Source: a virus
Taxonomy: Duplodnaviria > Caudoviricetes
Virus record (IMG/VR): IMGVR_UViG_3300025735_000294
Location: 25,860-89,859 of that record
DNA length: 64,000 nucleotides
Reading direction: 5' to 3' (one strand)
Shown: positions 1-8,936 of the stretch, in pieces
Layout of the letters: every line of letters begins with the position of its first letter
How positions within the stretch are numbered: the first letter of the stretch is position 1
Translations under genes and position numbers: made by a program
Notes under the pieces: generated by a model
Seen by the model: the letters and a program-made list of their open reading frames with translations, nothing else
Database searches by the model: none
What the model was told of the DNA's origin: nothing

Positions 1-569
1 TTGCAGGGGCTAGAACTAAAGCTGACTATATTTTTTATAACCAAAATAAATTAACGTTAATAAGCAATATTTGCCTGCCTAACATTATTAGTGCTATTTC
101 AATGGCGGAGGGATGCAGTTTACTTGAATCATTACCGGATGATTTTTTAACTGATGAAACGGATATCGAAAATCTTGAAGGGAGTTTCAGGCTTTCTGGC
201 ATAACTTCATTGCCTGTTGGTTTTTTGAAAAAAGCCGCAAAAATTAAAAGCATGTATAGAACTTTTGCCTATTGTCCTTTGAAAACTGTGGAAAGTGGAA
301 TGTTAAATTCTTGCTCGTCATCTCTGACGACTGGTGCACATATGTTCTTCTGTTGCTATGAGCTAATTTCGGATGTCAATGAAATATTTTCAGCCAATAG
401 TTATAACAATATTACCAATTCTACCTCCATGTTCAGTAATGCAATAAACGTAACTGGTAGGGGAATGCTATTGATCGAGAAAATGCCAAACTTGAAATCT
501 CATACTAACATGTTCACAAAATGCACAAAGCTTGATGATTGGGTGGAAATACCAACTGGATGGTACTGA
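1..569 (+). CDS. 3' part of a baseplate/tail-associated protein with BspA-like leucine-rich repeats (runs off the window's 5' edge)
   Basis: The frame is open from base 3 into ORF 102..569. It has ~24-aa repeats (F..C.L.SLP..FL) and the typical C-terminus NMFTKCTKLDDWVEIPTGWY. It lies directly upstream of tail-fibre gene R. Confidence 0.6.
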   Translation, partial: AGARTKADYIFYNQNKLTLISNICLPNIISAISMAEGCSLLESLPDDFLTDETDIENLEGSFRLSGITSLPVGFLKKAAKIKSMYRTFAYCPLKTVESGMLNSCSSSLTTGAHMFFCCYELISDVNEIFSANSYNNITNSTSMFSNAINVTGRGMLLIEKMPNLKSHTNMFTKCTKLDDWVEIPTGWY

Positions 570-605
570 TTATGCCAAGCCTGATTTGCTAACAGGTAAC
601 ACTCT

Positions 606-626
606 AAATCACACACTCCATACACT
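606..626 (+). promoter_or_regulatory. Late promoter motif AAATCACA-N7-TACACT upstream of R-S-U
   Basis: One of 8 copies of the same motif with fixed spacing, all upstream of virion or lysis genes. Confidence 0.7.
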
Positions 627-659
627 CCGTTGCATTAACTACTATGTAACGGAGGTTTT

Positions 660-1124
660 ATGGCTGACATCCTCGCCGTCGAAGAAGGTGGCACACTTTA
701 CAAATCTCAGCTGCTCACTTATTACTACACCCGCCGAGCCGAATCTTCAATCGGGCAGGGTGAGCGATTTTTAATAAAGCATGCCTACTGGGGTAAAACT
801 GACCTTGTAACCAAAAGTGATGGAGATGGCTGGGACATTGCCGATATACCATTAGACTTTTCTTTGGAAGATCTACAGTCTCACTTCGCAACTAATGACC
901 TGATCTGCTCCGTTCAGGGAACGACAATCGCCATTAATATTTCACTGCCAAGAGAACAGCTTGAGGCTGGATCTCGATATGACTTCAATACGCTCGTGCT
1001 AGTGGATTCAGAAGGTGAACCTTTTGCTGTCATGTGTACCCAACAGGAAACGATGTATGCGGAGAAAAGCTACAACATTTTCGTGACGATTGAACAAGTT
1101 GGGGGAACCGAAGATGACAGTTAA
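660..1124 (+). CDS. R: Tail fibre assembly/structural protein, P1 gpR-like
   Basis: 154 aa, immediately upstream of the S-like tail fibre as in P1; GGAGG RBS at 651-655. Confidence 0.7.
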   Translation: MADILAVEEGGTLYKSQLLTYYYTRRAESSIGQGERFLIKHAYWGKTDLVTKSDGDGWDIADIPLDFSLEDLQSHFATNDLICSVQGTTIAINISLPREQLEAGSRYDFNTLVLVDSEGEPFAVMCTQQETMYAEKSYNIFVTIEQVGGTEDDS

Positions 1125-2805
1125 AGTTGTTTCGATAATGTCAGCTGAAACGACCTTCCCACTATTGGCCGACGTTCAGTACATGGAGCCATATGGTTCA
1201 GCAGCATTCAACCGAAAGTTAAAGAACATTATTAGACCTGGGTTCTTCGAAGGATTCACACCAGTGCCAGGTAATGGGCTTGAACTCATCATTCGTTCTG
1301 ATAATTCCGGCGGTGCCGCGTCTGTTGACGTTAATGGATTGCAAATCACAGTACAGCAAAATAGTGATGTGAGTCTATTATTGCCGCCGGGTTCAACATC
1401 TATCATTGTGCTGGAAGCCAATTACGTACATGGAGTAAAAACGACACAGGTCGATAGCTCTTCAAGCGTTCCTGCCACTCAGATTATTGCGTTAACTGAT
1501 GATAAATTGGCTTCAAACCAGATTGAGGTTTGCCGCGTAAATATTCCTGCTGGAGCTCAGCAGATCGATGAGTCGATGATTGACCAGTCACACCGTGTTA
1601 ATCGTGGTATTGGCATCCAATTATCGAGCGAAATAGATAGTGACCGGGATGATATCGCAGCATCATCAAATGCGGTTAAAAAGCTTCACGAAATGATTTT
1701 GGGCATTGATTTTCCTGATGGCTCAACAGAGCAACCTGGTTTGGTTCAATTAAGTAGTGCAACCGATAGTGACGCTGAAGATAGAGCGGCAACACCGAAA
1801 GCGGTAAAGGTGGCAAATGATAACGCCAACGGACGCGTACCTTCAGAACGCAAAGTGAATGGCCGGGAGCTGACGGCTGATATCAGTGTAACCGCGCAGG
1901 ACATTTTCAACGGTCAGACGGTGGGGCTTGGTAGTGCGGTTGATCTAAACAGTGTTACGACTCCGGGGCTTTATTATCAGCCAGCGAATGCGCAGGCCGA
2001 ATCCGGGATGAATTACCCGGAGGCAAATGCCGGTTCGCTTGAGGTGTATAAGCATGCCGGTGTGACTCAGATTTACCGTGTCTACAACAATTCTCGCAGC
2101 TATATCCGCACCCTGTTTGACAGCGTGTGGTCCGCCTGGGCAAAGCAGTATGACGCGTCGAACAAGCCTACGCCAGCCGATATTGGCGCTTTGCCCCTAG
2201 GGGGCGGCAGGCTGACAGGAACGCTTGAGATTTATAATGGCGCACCCATCATTCAGCTCAGTGAGTCCGATACGGGCAAAAACTATTTCATTGTTGCAGA
2301 TGGTAGCGGTTTTCGTATTAACGAAGATTCTACGGCTGGAAATGCACTCCTTTCGTATGCTGGAGCGAGTAAAAAATTAGTCACTGTGGGCCAGATAGCT
2401 CCCGGTGATTGGACGAATATCGATGCGCGATACTACACAAAAGCACAATCAGATGCGGCATACATGCCGCGTACGGGGGCTTACACCAAAGCAGAATCCG
2501 ATGCTCGGTATCAGCTTACCAGCTCCGCTGATACACATGGGATTAGTGGGAAAATTTTGTGGTCGAAAAACGGGAAAACAGGCGTGATACGAATGACGGG
2601 GATAACCGATAACGTGACAAACAGTGGTCGTGTTGCATTCCCATTTGCTTTCCCAACTAAGTGCTACTCAGTGGTTGCCAATAGGCATAATTCGGATGGG
2701 CATTCGGCTGCAATGCAACCATATGATATCTCCACCTCAGGGTGGTATTTACGTATTGCCGGTGGTGGAACCGAGTCAATATCATGGACGGCAGAGGGCA
2801 TTTAA
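1114..2805 (+). CDS. S: Tail fibre protein, P1 gpS-like
   Basis: The N-terminus (LADVQYMEPY.SAAFNRK, VCRVNIPAGA, GLVQLSSATDS..E..AATPKAVK) matches the P1 S constant region. The C-terminus carries mosaic fibre modules. ATG at 1114. Confidence 0.9.
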   Translation: MTVKVVSIMSAETTFPLLADVQYMEPYGSAAFNRKLKNIIRPGFFEGFTPVPGNGLELIIRSDNSGGAASVDVNGLQITVQQNSDVSLLLPPGSTSIIVLEANYVHGVKTTQVDSSSSVPATQIIALTDDKLASNQIEVCRVNIPAGAQQIDESMIDQSHRVNRGIGIQLSSEIDSDRDDIAASSNAVKKLHEMILGIDFPDGSTEQPGLVQLSSATDSDAEDRAATPKAVKVANDNANGRVPSERKVNGRELTADISVTAQDIFNGQTVGLGSAVDLNSVTTPGLYYQPANAQAESGMNYPEANAGSLEVYKHAGVTQIYRVYNNSRSYIRTLFDSVWSAWAKQYDASNKPTPADIGALPLGGGRLTGTLEIYNGAPIIQLSESDTGKNYFIVADGSGFRINEDSTAGNALLSYAGASKKLVTVGQIAPGDWTNIDARYYTKAQSDAAYMPRTGAYTKAESDARYQLTSSADTHGISGKILWSKNGKTGVIRMTGITDNVTNSGRVAFPFAFPTKCYSVVANRHNSDGHSAAMQPYDISTSGWYLRIAGGGTESISWTAEGI

Positions 2806-2806
2806 T

Positions 2807-3235
2807 ATGGGCTATGTATACCGACCATTAACTCGTGCTTTTTACAATGATGAGTTCGAAGCTGACTATCGAAAAGCTGGGACATGGCCCGGATTTTATG
2901 TCCGTGTGTCAGATGAAGATTATCAGAAGCTAATGGATGGCCAGTCCCAAGGGAAAGTCATTGTTACAGGGGAGCGCTGTTACCCGGTTTTGGCCGATCC
3001 TGTTATTGATTGGAATGCTGAAGCCGAAGCTAAGCGAGCAATTCTGTTAGCTGAAGCAGCCACAGAAACTGCTGATTGGCGTATTGAGCTGCAACTAGAT
3101 GTCATCAGTGATGAAGACAAAGACTTGTTAATTGACTGGATGGCATACACTAAATTGCTGAAGGCGCTTCAGCTCGAATCCGTAGCAGATGAAGAGGGCT
3201 TTAAAGGAATAACCTGGCCTGCAGTGCCCGCGTAA
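2807..3235 (+). CDS. U: Tail fibre assembly chaperone (Tfa/gpU-like)
   Basis: ATG 1 nt after the S stop; Tfa motifs G.YPVLADP, WRIELQL..ISDEDK..L..WM.Y, ITWP..PA. Confidence 0.85.
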   Translation: MGYVYRPLTRAFYNDEFEADYRKAGTWPGFYVRVSDEDYQKLMDGQSQGKVIVTGERCYPVLADPVIDWNAEAEAKRAILLAEAATETADWRIELQLDVISDEDKDLLIDWMAYTKLLKALQLESVADEEGFKGITWPAVPA

Positions 3236-3239
3236 CTCC

Positions 3240-3266
3240 AGGGCGATAGAAGACTATCGCCTTTTC
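3240..3266 (+). terminator. Rho-independent terminator after U
   Basis: GGCGATAG-AAGA-CTATCGCC followed by TTTT. Confidence 0.75.
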
Positions 3267-3529
3267 TACAATTTCTGACAACCATGGTATCTCGCGGTTA
3301 TAACGCTGCAATATCTTGTATGTCTTCGATAACTAGTGACATCGGCATAATGGTTACATCATGTCCGATTTTTCGATCGCCAATAATGCAGCTAATCTCG
3401 CCAATAATTACATTATCGACGATTAATTTAGTTATATCGAACGACGTAAACCATCAACTACATATCAACCTTAGGCGCTTTCAGTACATAAAATACAAAA
3501 CACCATTCTGCATGATGCCTTAACGCTGG

Positions 3530-3550
3530 AAATCACATTCTCCCTAAACT
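3530..3550 (+). promoter_or_regulatory. Late promoter motif (AAATCACA-N7-TAAACT) upstream of lydA/dar operon
   Basis: Motif copy 34 nt upstream of the holin start. Confidence 0.7.
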
Positions 3551-3583
3551 CCCCCCATTACAGCTCGCATAAGGAGAGGAGGA

Positions 3584-3901
3584 GTGCCTCAGTTAGATGA
3601 AACATTGCTGTATGCAATATGCCTTTCCCTGGTCAGTGGCTTGGGCGTGTTTATGAATGGTGTTAGAGGGCAAAAGCATAAAGCTTCGATCTTTGACTTC
3701 ATTGCCGAATGCGTCAATGCACTTACAGCAGGGTTAGTAACGTTTTTTTTGGTCAAGTGGCTTGGCTGGGATGAGAGCTTTTTGTATGCCGCGATTCTCC
3801 TCTGCGGTAACAACGCCAAGGAGTTCCTTGAAGTCGGAGGGAAAAAAATGACGGGAATGATATTGAATGCAAAGCGGGGAGATAGCGCTGATGGATCTTA
3901 A
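3584..3901 (+). CDS. lydA: Holin, P1 LydA-like
   Basis: 105 aa with ~3 hydrophobic helices and a basic C-terminus; strong RBS; first gene of the lyd-dar operon as in P1. Confidence 0.75.
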   Translation: MPQLDETLLYAICLSLVSGLGVFMNGVRGQKHKASIFDFIAECVNALTAGLVTFFLVKWLGWDESFLYAAILLCGNNAKEFLEVGGKKMTGMILNAKRGDSADGS

Positions 3902-4340
3902 ACATATAGCCTTTATGGTCTTAATAGTAATTCTTTTCATTGACCGGTATGTCTTAAAAAGGGTCAGTGTAAGGTTGCTTGGTATTGGTAGCGCTGTTCT
4001 AAAGGAGAATGCAGTGGCGTTTCCAATGAAGATCTCTACACATCGAGGTGGTATTGGCGATGCGAGAGTTGATTACTTCTTTCGCGATCTCCGCAATCCA
4101 TCCGTAGTAATTTCCGGCAAATCGCGCACGATCGATTGTAGTAATCGCGGCACGCGCGAGGAGTATCTACTAATCAGTACCCGCTACCTCGATCCTGCTG
4201 AATGGGAACTGGTTGTACGAGTGACGAACAGTAATTGCCGGTTGAATCCCCTATATAGGATCTTCCCACTTATAGCCTCTCAGACAAGACGTTATGCGTT
4301 AACCAAAACGAGTGAAGGGGAATTGCATGTTAAGCCCTAA
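3891..4340 (+). CDS. lydB: Antiholin/lysis regulator, P1 LydB-like
   Basis: N-terminal TM helix then a soluble domain of ~150 aa; overlaps lydA and precedes hdf as in P1. Confidence 0.65.
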   Translation: MDLKHIAFMVLIVILFIDRYVLKRVSVRLLGIGSAVLKENAVAFPMKISTHRGGIGDARVDYFFRDLRNPSVVISGKSRTIDCSNRGTREEYLLISTRYLDPAEWELVVRVTNSNCRLNPLYRIFPLIASQTRRYALTKTSEGELHVKP

Positions 4341-4965
4341 GAGCAATACAGACAGTAAATATGTGCAGCTGAATTTTGACGAATTGAATGAGAAAGGCTT
4401 GGAAAAGCTGCGTAAGCAGATCGGGAAATCCGGTTATAACGTTGTCAAAATTATCCCGGCAGGGAAGGCTCGGAAGAAGGATGGCATACCGACAAAGACA
4501 TTTACTTTTATCGGGCAAGACAGCCAAACCATGGATATTCAGGTGAACGACACCGGAGATATCTCGGGTATTCGCGTTAATGGCAAAAATGCGCCTTATC
4601 AGCACGCAAAGAGCTTTAATGACCTGGCAAAAACGCTTTCAGAACTCTTTAAGAAAGGGGCGACAGCCTTCCAAAAGACAATGGCCAGAAACATAGCGCG
4701 TGCAGCCAAAAAAAGCGTTGATAGCAATGCACCTAAGAGGCTAGGAGTGAAATCCAGCGCCCAGCAATACACTGAAGCTAAAGCGCGGCGTGATGCTGTC
4801 AGTGAAGATCTTCAGGCGGCCAGCGCAAAACTGGTAAGCACAACGACCAAAGCCTCGGAGTGGAAGCAAAAGACAGAAAAATTGGTATCAGACTACACCA
4901 GTGAGCAAGCTCTTACACGGCAGCTCAAAGAGGAAATTGCCAAACTGGAAGCGGGAGAGATTTAA
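4327..4965 (+). CDS. hdf: Defence-against-restriction head component Hdf
   Basis: Basic ~210 aa protein with a C-terminal coiled coil, between lydB and darA as in P1. Confidence 0.7.
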   Translation: MLSPKSNTDSKYVQLNFDELNEKGLEKLRKQIGKSGYNVVKIIPAGKARKKDGIPTKTFTFIGQDSQTMDIQVNDTGDISGIRVNGKNAPYQHAKSFNDLAKTLSELFKKGATAFQKTMARNIARAAKKSVDSNAPKRLGVKSSAQQYTEAKARRDAVSEDLQAASAKLVSTTTKASEWKQKTEKLVSDYTSEQALTRQLKEEIAKLEAGEI

Positions 4966-7562
4966 TGCTCGGGAATCGAATCAACATAGATACAAGAACC
5001 AGTATTGCCGATGATATTTTTGGTAAGAAGTTGGCTTTTGATGGTTATGACGCACTGGCCCTGGGCGACACAGAGGGGCTTTTACTTGAAGCGCCCAGCC
5101 TCGAAGATGTTGAAATGACATATTTGGGTACTGAGTTGCTGGCTCGCGAAGTGGGCGCCATGTTTGAAGCCATAACCACCAAACGTATTCGCCTGGCACA
5201 AACGATGCGTGCGTTTATTCGCGTCCTTAATCGGAGTTTAAACGGAACTGATATTCGCGCCGGTGCCGATGAAGCGGGCGTGGACACTCACGATAATAAT
5301 ACAGTGTCCGGGGCGATTATTGGGAAAGTAAGGAAAGTTGCAGGCGTACCGGTGATGACTGCGCTAATCCCACTGTCTGACGGTCAAACAACCAGTATTG
5401 TTTTCCACTCTCCTACCGCCGACAGCCCACGCATCAAAAATGATGATCTGCTGGTGGCATTTCAGTTTCTACTGAATAAGCGCGATGTGACTCATGTAGT
5501 GGCCCCGATTGGTGGTCGTGATGTCATGCTAAATCAAGTGTGTCAGGTACTCTCAAATCTGATTGAGCGTAATAGCGGGAAATTCAAAAAAGCACAGGAT
5601 AAGCAGAGCAAGATGCGCTCCGATATTCAGTCGCTTGAAGCGGAGGCCGATAAGCTCGAAGAAGAGCGATCTGTGCTGATTGGCCGTGTTGATGATGCTC
5701 AAATACAACTGGTAAAAGCCAAGGAGGGTTACTCTGATGCAGATGAGAAAGTCAGGTCGCAAAGAGAAATCAACGCCGACCTTACGGCATACCTGGAACA
5801 GTTGAAAAAAAATGCCGCTAACACAGTACCGAAGCGGTTCACTGAGCAGATTAGAACGGTAAAGAAACGTCTACTGGAGAGCGGTGTAACGTCGGTTGGT
5901 AATGCCCAAATTAAGACGGATGGTAATGACGTTATTATCACCACAGTAGAGGGGCAAACCTTCAAAATTACCGCAGAGGGCGGCGATCTGGATAAAGCCG
6001 CTTCAACTCTCTTAAAAGCCTACCGCAATGATACTGCTGAGCAATATCAGGTAACGGTATCGGATGATCCACAGCTGACTGAGGATGTTAAATATTTATC
6101 CTCCCTTCTGGGCATGGAAGAAGAGTATTTCCACGAAAGAATCGACTTTGGTGACGTTACGCCTGAGGTCCTGAATCAAATTGCTTCCGGCCTCAGAGCA
6201 GACCCATCAGAGAGTAACATCAAAACAGCTAAGTCCATGGCTGCTGGGGAGGTGGGCCAGAAACTATATGACAGCAATCAGGCCAAAGATGCGGCGATAC
6301 TCGATGTAAGCAAACAAGTTAAGCGAACGCCGGTGGTGATTGAAAAATGGATGGATAGATTCAACCTCACAGCTGCTGACTTGTTGGGTTATGCGAGTGT
6401 GAATGCTGCCATGGAAGGTCAAGAGAATATTAACGCCAATGACTCATGGTTATCCGAAGCAATTCGAATCAATGTAGACCCTTCTCAATACACACCTATG
6501 ATGTTGAAGGCTTACGCCAGATACGTTGAGATGTCTCGCGAAGATCGCGCTGAGTTGACACATGAACAGGTGCAGAAAGTCTATAGCGATCGACTGAAGC
6601 AGGGCATGAATCCCAATGCTACCGAAGAAGAATTGCGTCTTGATGCTGACATGTTCCTTTACTCATTTTTCGGGACAGATGAAGAGCGTGAATTCATTGA
6701 TAAGTTACGCTGGGGAAGAGTTAGTGACGAAGCGCGATCAGATATTATGGCTAAAGCTGGTCAGTTACGTGAAGAGCACAATATCGCTTTGATCCCGGAG
6801 TATACGATCAGTAATCATGACCATGAACCTCAGGAACTAGAAGTGTCGCCTGAGCCGGAAGTCGAGAAATCATCTTTCGGAGAAGGAACTTTCCAGTATG
6901 CGTTAGTAAATCGTCCTGCAGGTATTGGTGCGATACCCGAGGGGCAGATTGGTTTATTAGATCGCCCTGAAAAAGGGAGTGCCTACCACGATGTTGCTCG
7001 CCATGGTATCGCCGTATATCCCCGCCAACTGACAGATGAAGAAGTTCGTCAGTATGAGTTGAAGTATTTGCCTCCTGAGTCCGAGCAGATCGATATAGCC
7101 TCTCGATTTGTTAATGAAGCATTCAATAAGTATGCATCTGAATATCTCGAAATGGTTGAAGAGGATCGCGATACATTCGAAAAAACAGTGCGTTCGAAAT
7201 TCCGTAAACATATGGCTGGTGTAGCGTTCCCGCAAGGCGAAGCTGGCAAAGCGATGATGCAGAAAATCGTTAATGCTTTAGCTGCAATGCCAAATCAGGA
7301 ACCAGCCCCGGCAAGTAGTGAACCGCATGTTTCGGAAGCTGATGAAGCTGCTAACCAGGCATTGTCTTTCCTGAAAACCATCCCAGCCCTTGAGACAAAG
7401 GATATGGCTCAGCTGCGCGGGGTAAGAGGCCAGGTACGCGAAGCGATCACATCCCTTCAGGCAGCTGGTCGTTTTGAAGAGAATGAGTCGCTGGTGAACG
7501 ATGCAGCCCGGCACTTATCCGATCTGCTGGTGGCGATACAGCAGCAGGGAGGGGCTAATTGA
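4965..7562 (+). CDS. darA: DarA antirestriction/head morphogenesis precursor
   Basis: DarA-like N-terminus (VAGVPVMTALIPLSDGQT.SIVFHSPT, FQFLLNKRDVTHVVAP) and C-terminal FQYALVNRPAGIGAIP motif; synteny. Confidence 0.85.
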   Translation: MLGNRINIDTRTSIADDIFGKKLAFDGYDALALGDTEGLLLEAPSLEDVEMTYLGTELLAREVGAMFEAITTKRIRLAQTMRAFIRVLNRSLNGTDIRAGADEAGVDTHDNNTVSGAIIGKVRKVAGVPVMTALIPLSDGQTTSIVFHSPTADSPRIKNDDLLVAFQFLLNKRDVTHVVAPIGGRDVMLNQVCQVLSNLIERNSGKFKKAQDKQSKMRSDIQSLEAEADKLEEERSVLIGRVDDAQIQLVKAKEGYSDADEKVRSQREINADLTAYLEQLKKNAANTVPKRFTEQIRTVKKRLLESGVTSVGNAQIKTDGNDVIITTVEGQTFKITAEGGDLDKAASTLLKAYRNDTAEQYQVTVSDDPQLTEDVKYLSSLLGMEEEYFHERIDFGDVTPEVLNQIASGLRADPSESNIKTAKSMAAGEVGQKLYDSNQAKDAAILDVSKQVKRTPVVIEKWMDRFNLTAADLLGYASVNAAMEGQENINANDSWLSEAIRINVDPSQYTPMMLKAYARYVEMSREDRAELTHEQVQKVYSDRLKQGMNPNATEEELRLDADMFLYSFFGTDEEREFIDKLRWGRVSDEARSDIMAKAGQLREEHNIALIPEYTISNHDHEPQELEVSPEPEVEKSSFGEGTFQYALVNRPAGIGAIPEGQIGLLDRPEKGSAYHDVARHGIAVYPRQLTDEEVRQYELKYLPPESEQIDIASRFVNEAFNKYASEYLEMVEEDRDTFEKTVRSKFRKHMAGVAFPQGEAGKAMMQKIVNALAAMPNQEPAPASSEPHVSEADEAANQALSFLKTIPALETKDMAQLRGVRGQVREAITSLQAAGRFEENESLVNDAARHLSDLLVAIQQQGGAN

Positions 7563-7969
7563 TGCTTAGTGCTCTTGAACGTCTGGATCTTACTGACCGA
7601 CTCGATGAGCTAATGGTCAGGGCATCTTCAGCTAATGGCCTCGACCTACTCGATATCAACGATGAAATTGATGTCGTTATGGAACGGTTGGGGTATAGCT
7701 CTGCTGCAGTTGAACCCGTTGGTGAAACCGAACCTGATCCTATATCCGAACCAGAACCTGCAGGCTCCCCGGAGACGGTTAAAGAAGAGGAACTGGTTAC
7801 TCCTCCAATCGTTACTGAGTTCCTTGCGGGTAAATTCATCCAGCAATCGCAGTCGGGTTTCTTAGACACACTCCGATCACTAAGTGAATATGTCGGCCTG
7901 TTCCTATCTCTCGACCAGGTAAAAGAGCAGTCAGAAAAATGGATAACTGAAAGCGGATACTCACTGTAA
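7559..7969 (+). CDS. ddrA: DdrA-like protein
   Basis: Acidic 136 aa ORF overlapping the darA stop; LSALERLDL.D.LDEL N-terminus; synteny. Confidence 0.7.
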   Translation: MMLSALERLDLTDRLDELMVRASSANGLDLLDINDEIDVVMERLGYSSAAVEPVGETEPDPISEPEPAGSPETVKEEELVTPPIVTEFLAGKFIQQSQSGFLDTLRSLSEYVGLFLSLDQVKEQSEKWITESGYSL

Positions 7970-7974
7970 TTACC

Positions 7975-7998
7975 GGCCCCTTTTGTAGGGGCTGTTTT
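7975..7998 (+). terminator. Terminator after ddrA
   Basis: GGCCCCT-TTTGT-AGGGGCT then GTTTT. Confidence 0.6.
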
Positions 7999-8171
7999 CA
8001 TAGATGGATTCCACACATCCTTTAACTTCTCCATTGGTGCCCCAACAGTAACAGAGTGAGAGGTTGTCTCTTATGTGGTTTTACTTTGTTTATACGCAAA
8101 GTATGTTACTATTTTGAGTAAGAAGAAAAAGTAACACATTGAACTACTATTAAATTTACAAGGAAGCATTC

Positions 8172-8807
8172 ATGCCTGTACTGCTAAAGGGGGATTCAAA
8201 TATGCCAATTATGCCTATGACGTTTTCTCCTAGTGCTGTAGCTCGTAGGTTTGCAGTGCTGGAAGAAGTTACCTTGGGTGACACTCTGTACCAGGTCCTT
8301 TTTGACAGCAAAGTGCCATTTGTCGCCGTTATTGAAGCTGAGCCTACGCTCAACGGAAACGAACTCCGCCACAAAGTTGTGGCAACCTTGGAGCTCCAAC
8401 GTCGTCCTCAACTGGAGGGTGTCTTGGTTAAGAAGTTCTGGGAAGATTGCGATGTTGCGCAGGTTGAAGGTGTCGTTGTTGATGGTGCCATTCGAGATGT
8501 GGGTTTAGCAACTTTCATATACGAGACTGTCGCTATTAAAGCAGGCATTACACTTCTTAGCGACAACGAGCAATATGCGGGCGGAAAAGCCCTATGGCAG
8601 CACATCGCTCGCCAGTCCAAAGAATTGGTTGTTTATGTGCTTGATACAGACACTGCACAGTACCTTCCGTTCGATGGCGATCGCATCCAATATGATGGAA
8701 CATGCATCCCTGAATCTGATATTTGGAGTGAACATCCGGATACCAGCAAGCACAGCGTGGTGCTCGTTGCTGAAGCTCGTATGAAACACAGCGTTGCGGC
8801 TGCATAA
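8172..8807 (+). CDS. Moron gene, putative GNAT-fold protein
   Basis: V.GVVV....RDVGLAT.IY (acetyl-CoA motif A-like) and LLSDNEQYAGGKALW; flanked by its own terminators. Confidence 0.5.
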   Translation: MPVLLKGDSNMPIMPMTFSPSAVARRFAVLEEVTLGDTLYQVLFDSKVPFVAVIEAEPTLNGNELRHKVVATLELQRRPQLEGVLVKKFWEDCDVAQVEGVVVDGAIRDVGLATFIYETVAIKAGITLLSDNEQYAGGKALWQHIARQSKELVVYVLDTDTAQYLPFDGDRIQYDGTCIPESDIWSEHPDTSKHSVVLVAEARMKHSVAAA

Positions 8808-8828
8808 TCGCTGATACGATTTGCTAGA

Positions 8829-8854
8829 ATGGCTCCCAGAAGGGGGCCATTTTT
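8829..8854 (+). terminator. Terminator after the GNAT-like moron
   Basis: ATGGCTCCC-AGAA-GGGGGCCAT then TTTT. Confidence 0.65.
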
Positions 8855-8886
8855 GATCTACTGGCCCTCTTTTTTTTCCCGGCATT

Positions 8887-8907
8887 AAATCACATACTCG
8901 GCACAAT
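8887..8907 (+). promoter_or_regulatory. Late promoter motif (AAATCACA-N7-CACAAT) upstream of ddrB
   Basis: Motif copy 30 nt before the GTG start. Confidence 0.6.
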
Positions 8908-8936
8908 ACCCCCCTTGGCTATTCACTAGGGAGGGC

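Noticed and set aside
3284-3523. 79 aa ORF between U and lydA (lydC or cin position)
   Set aside because: No RBS, holin or invertase features; the antisense frame lacks a start; probably a decayed or non-coding spacer
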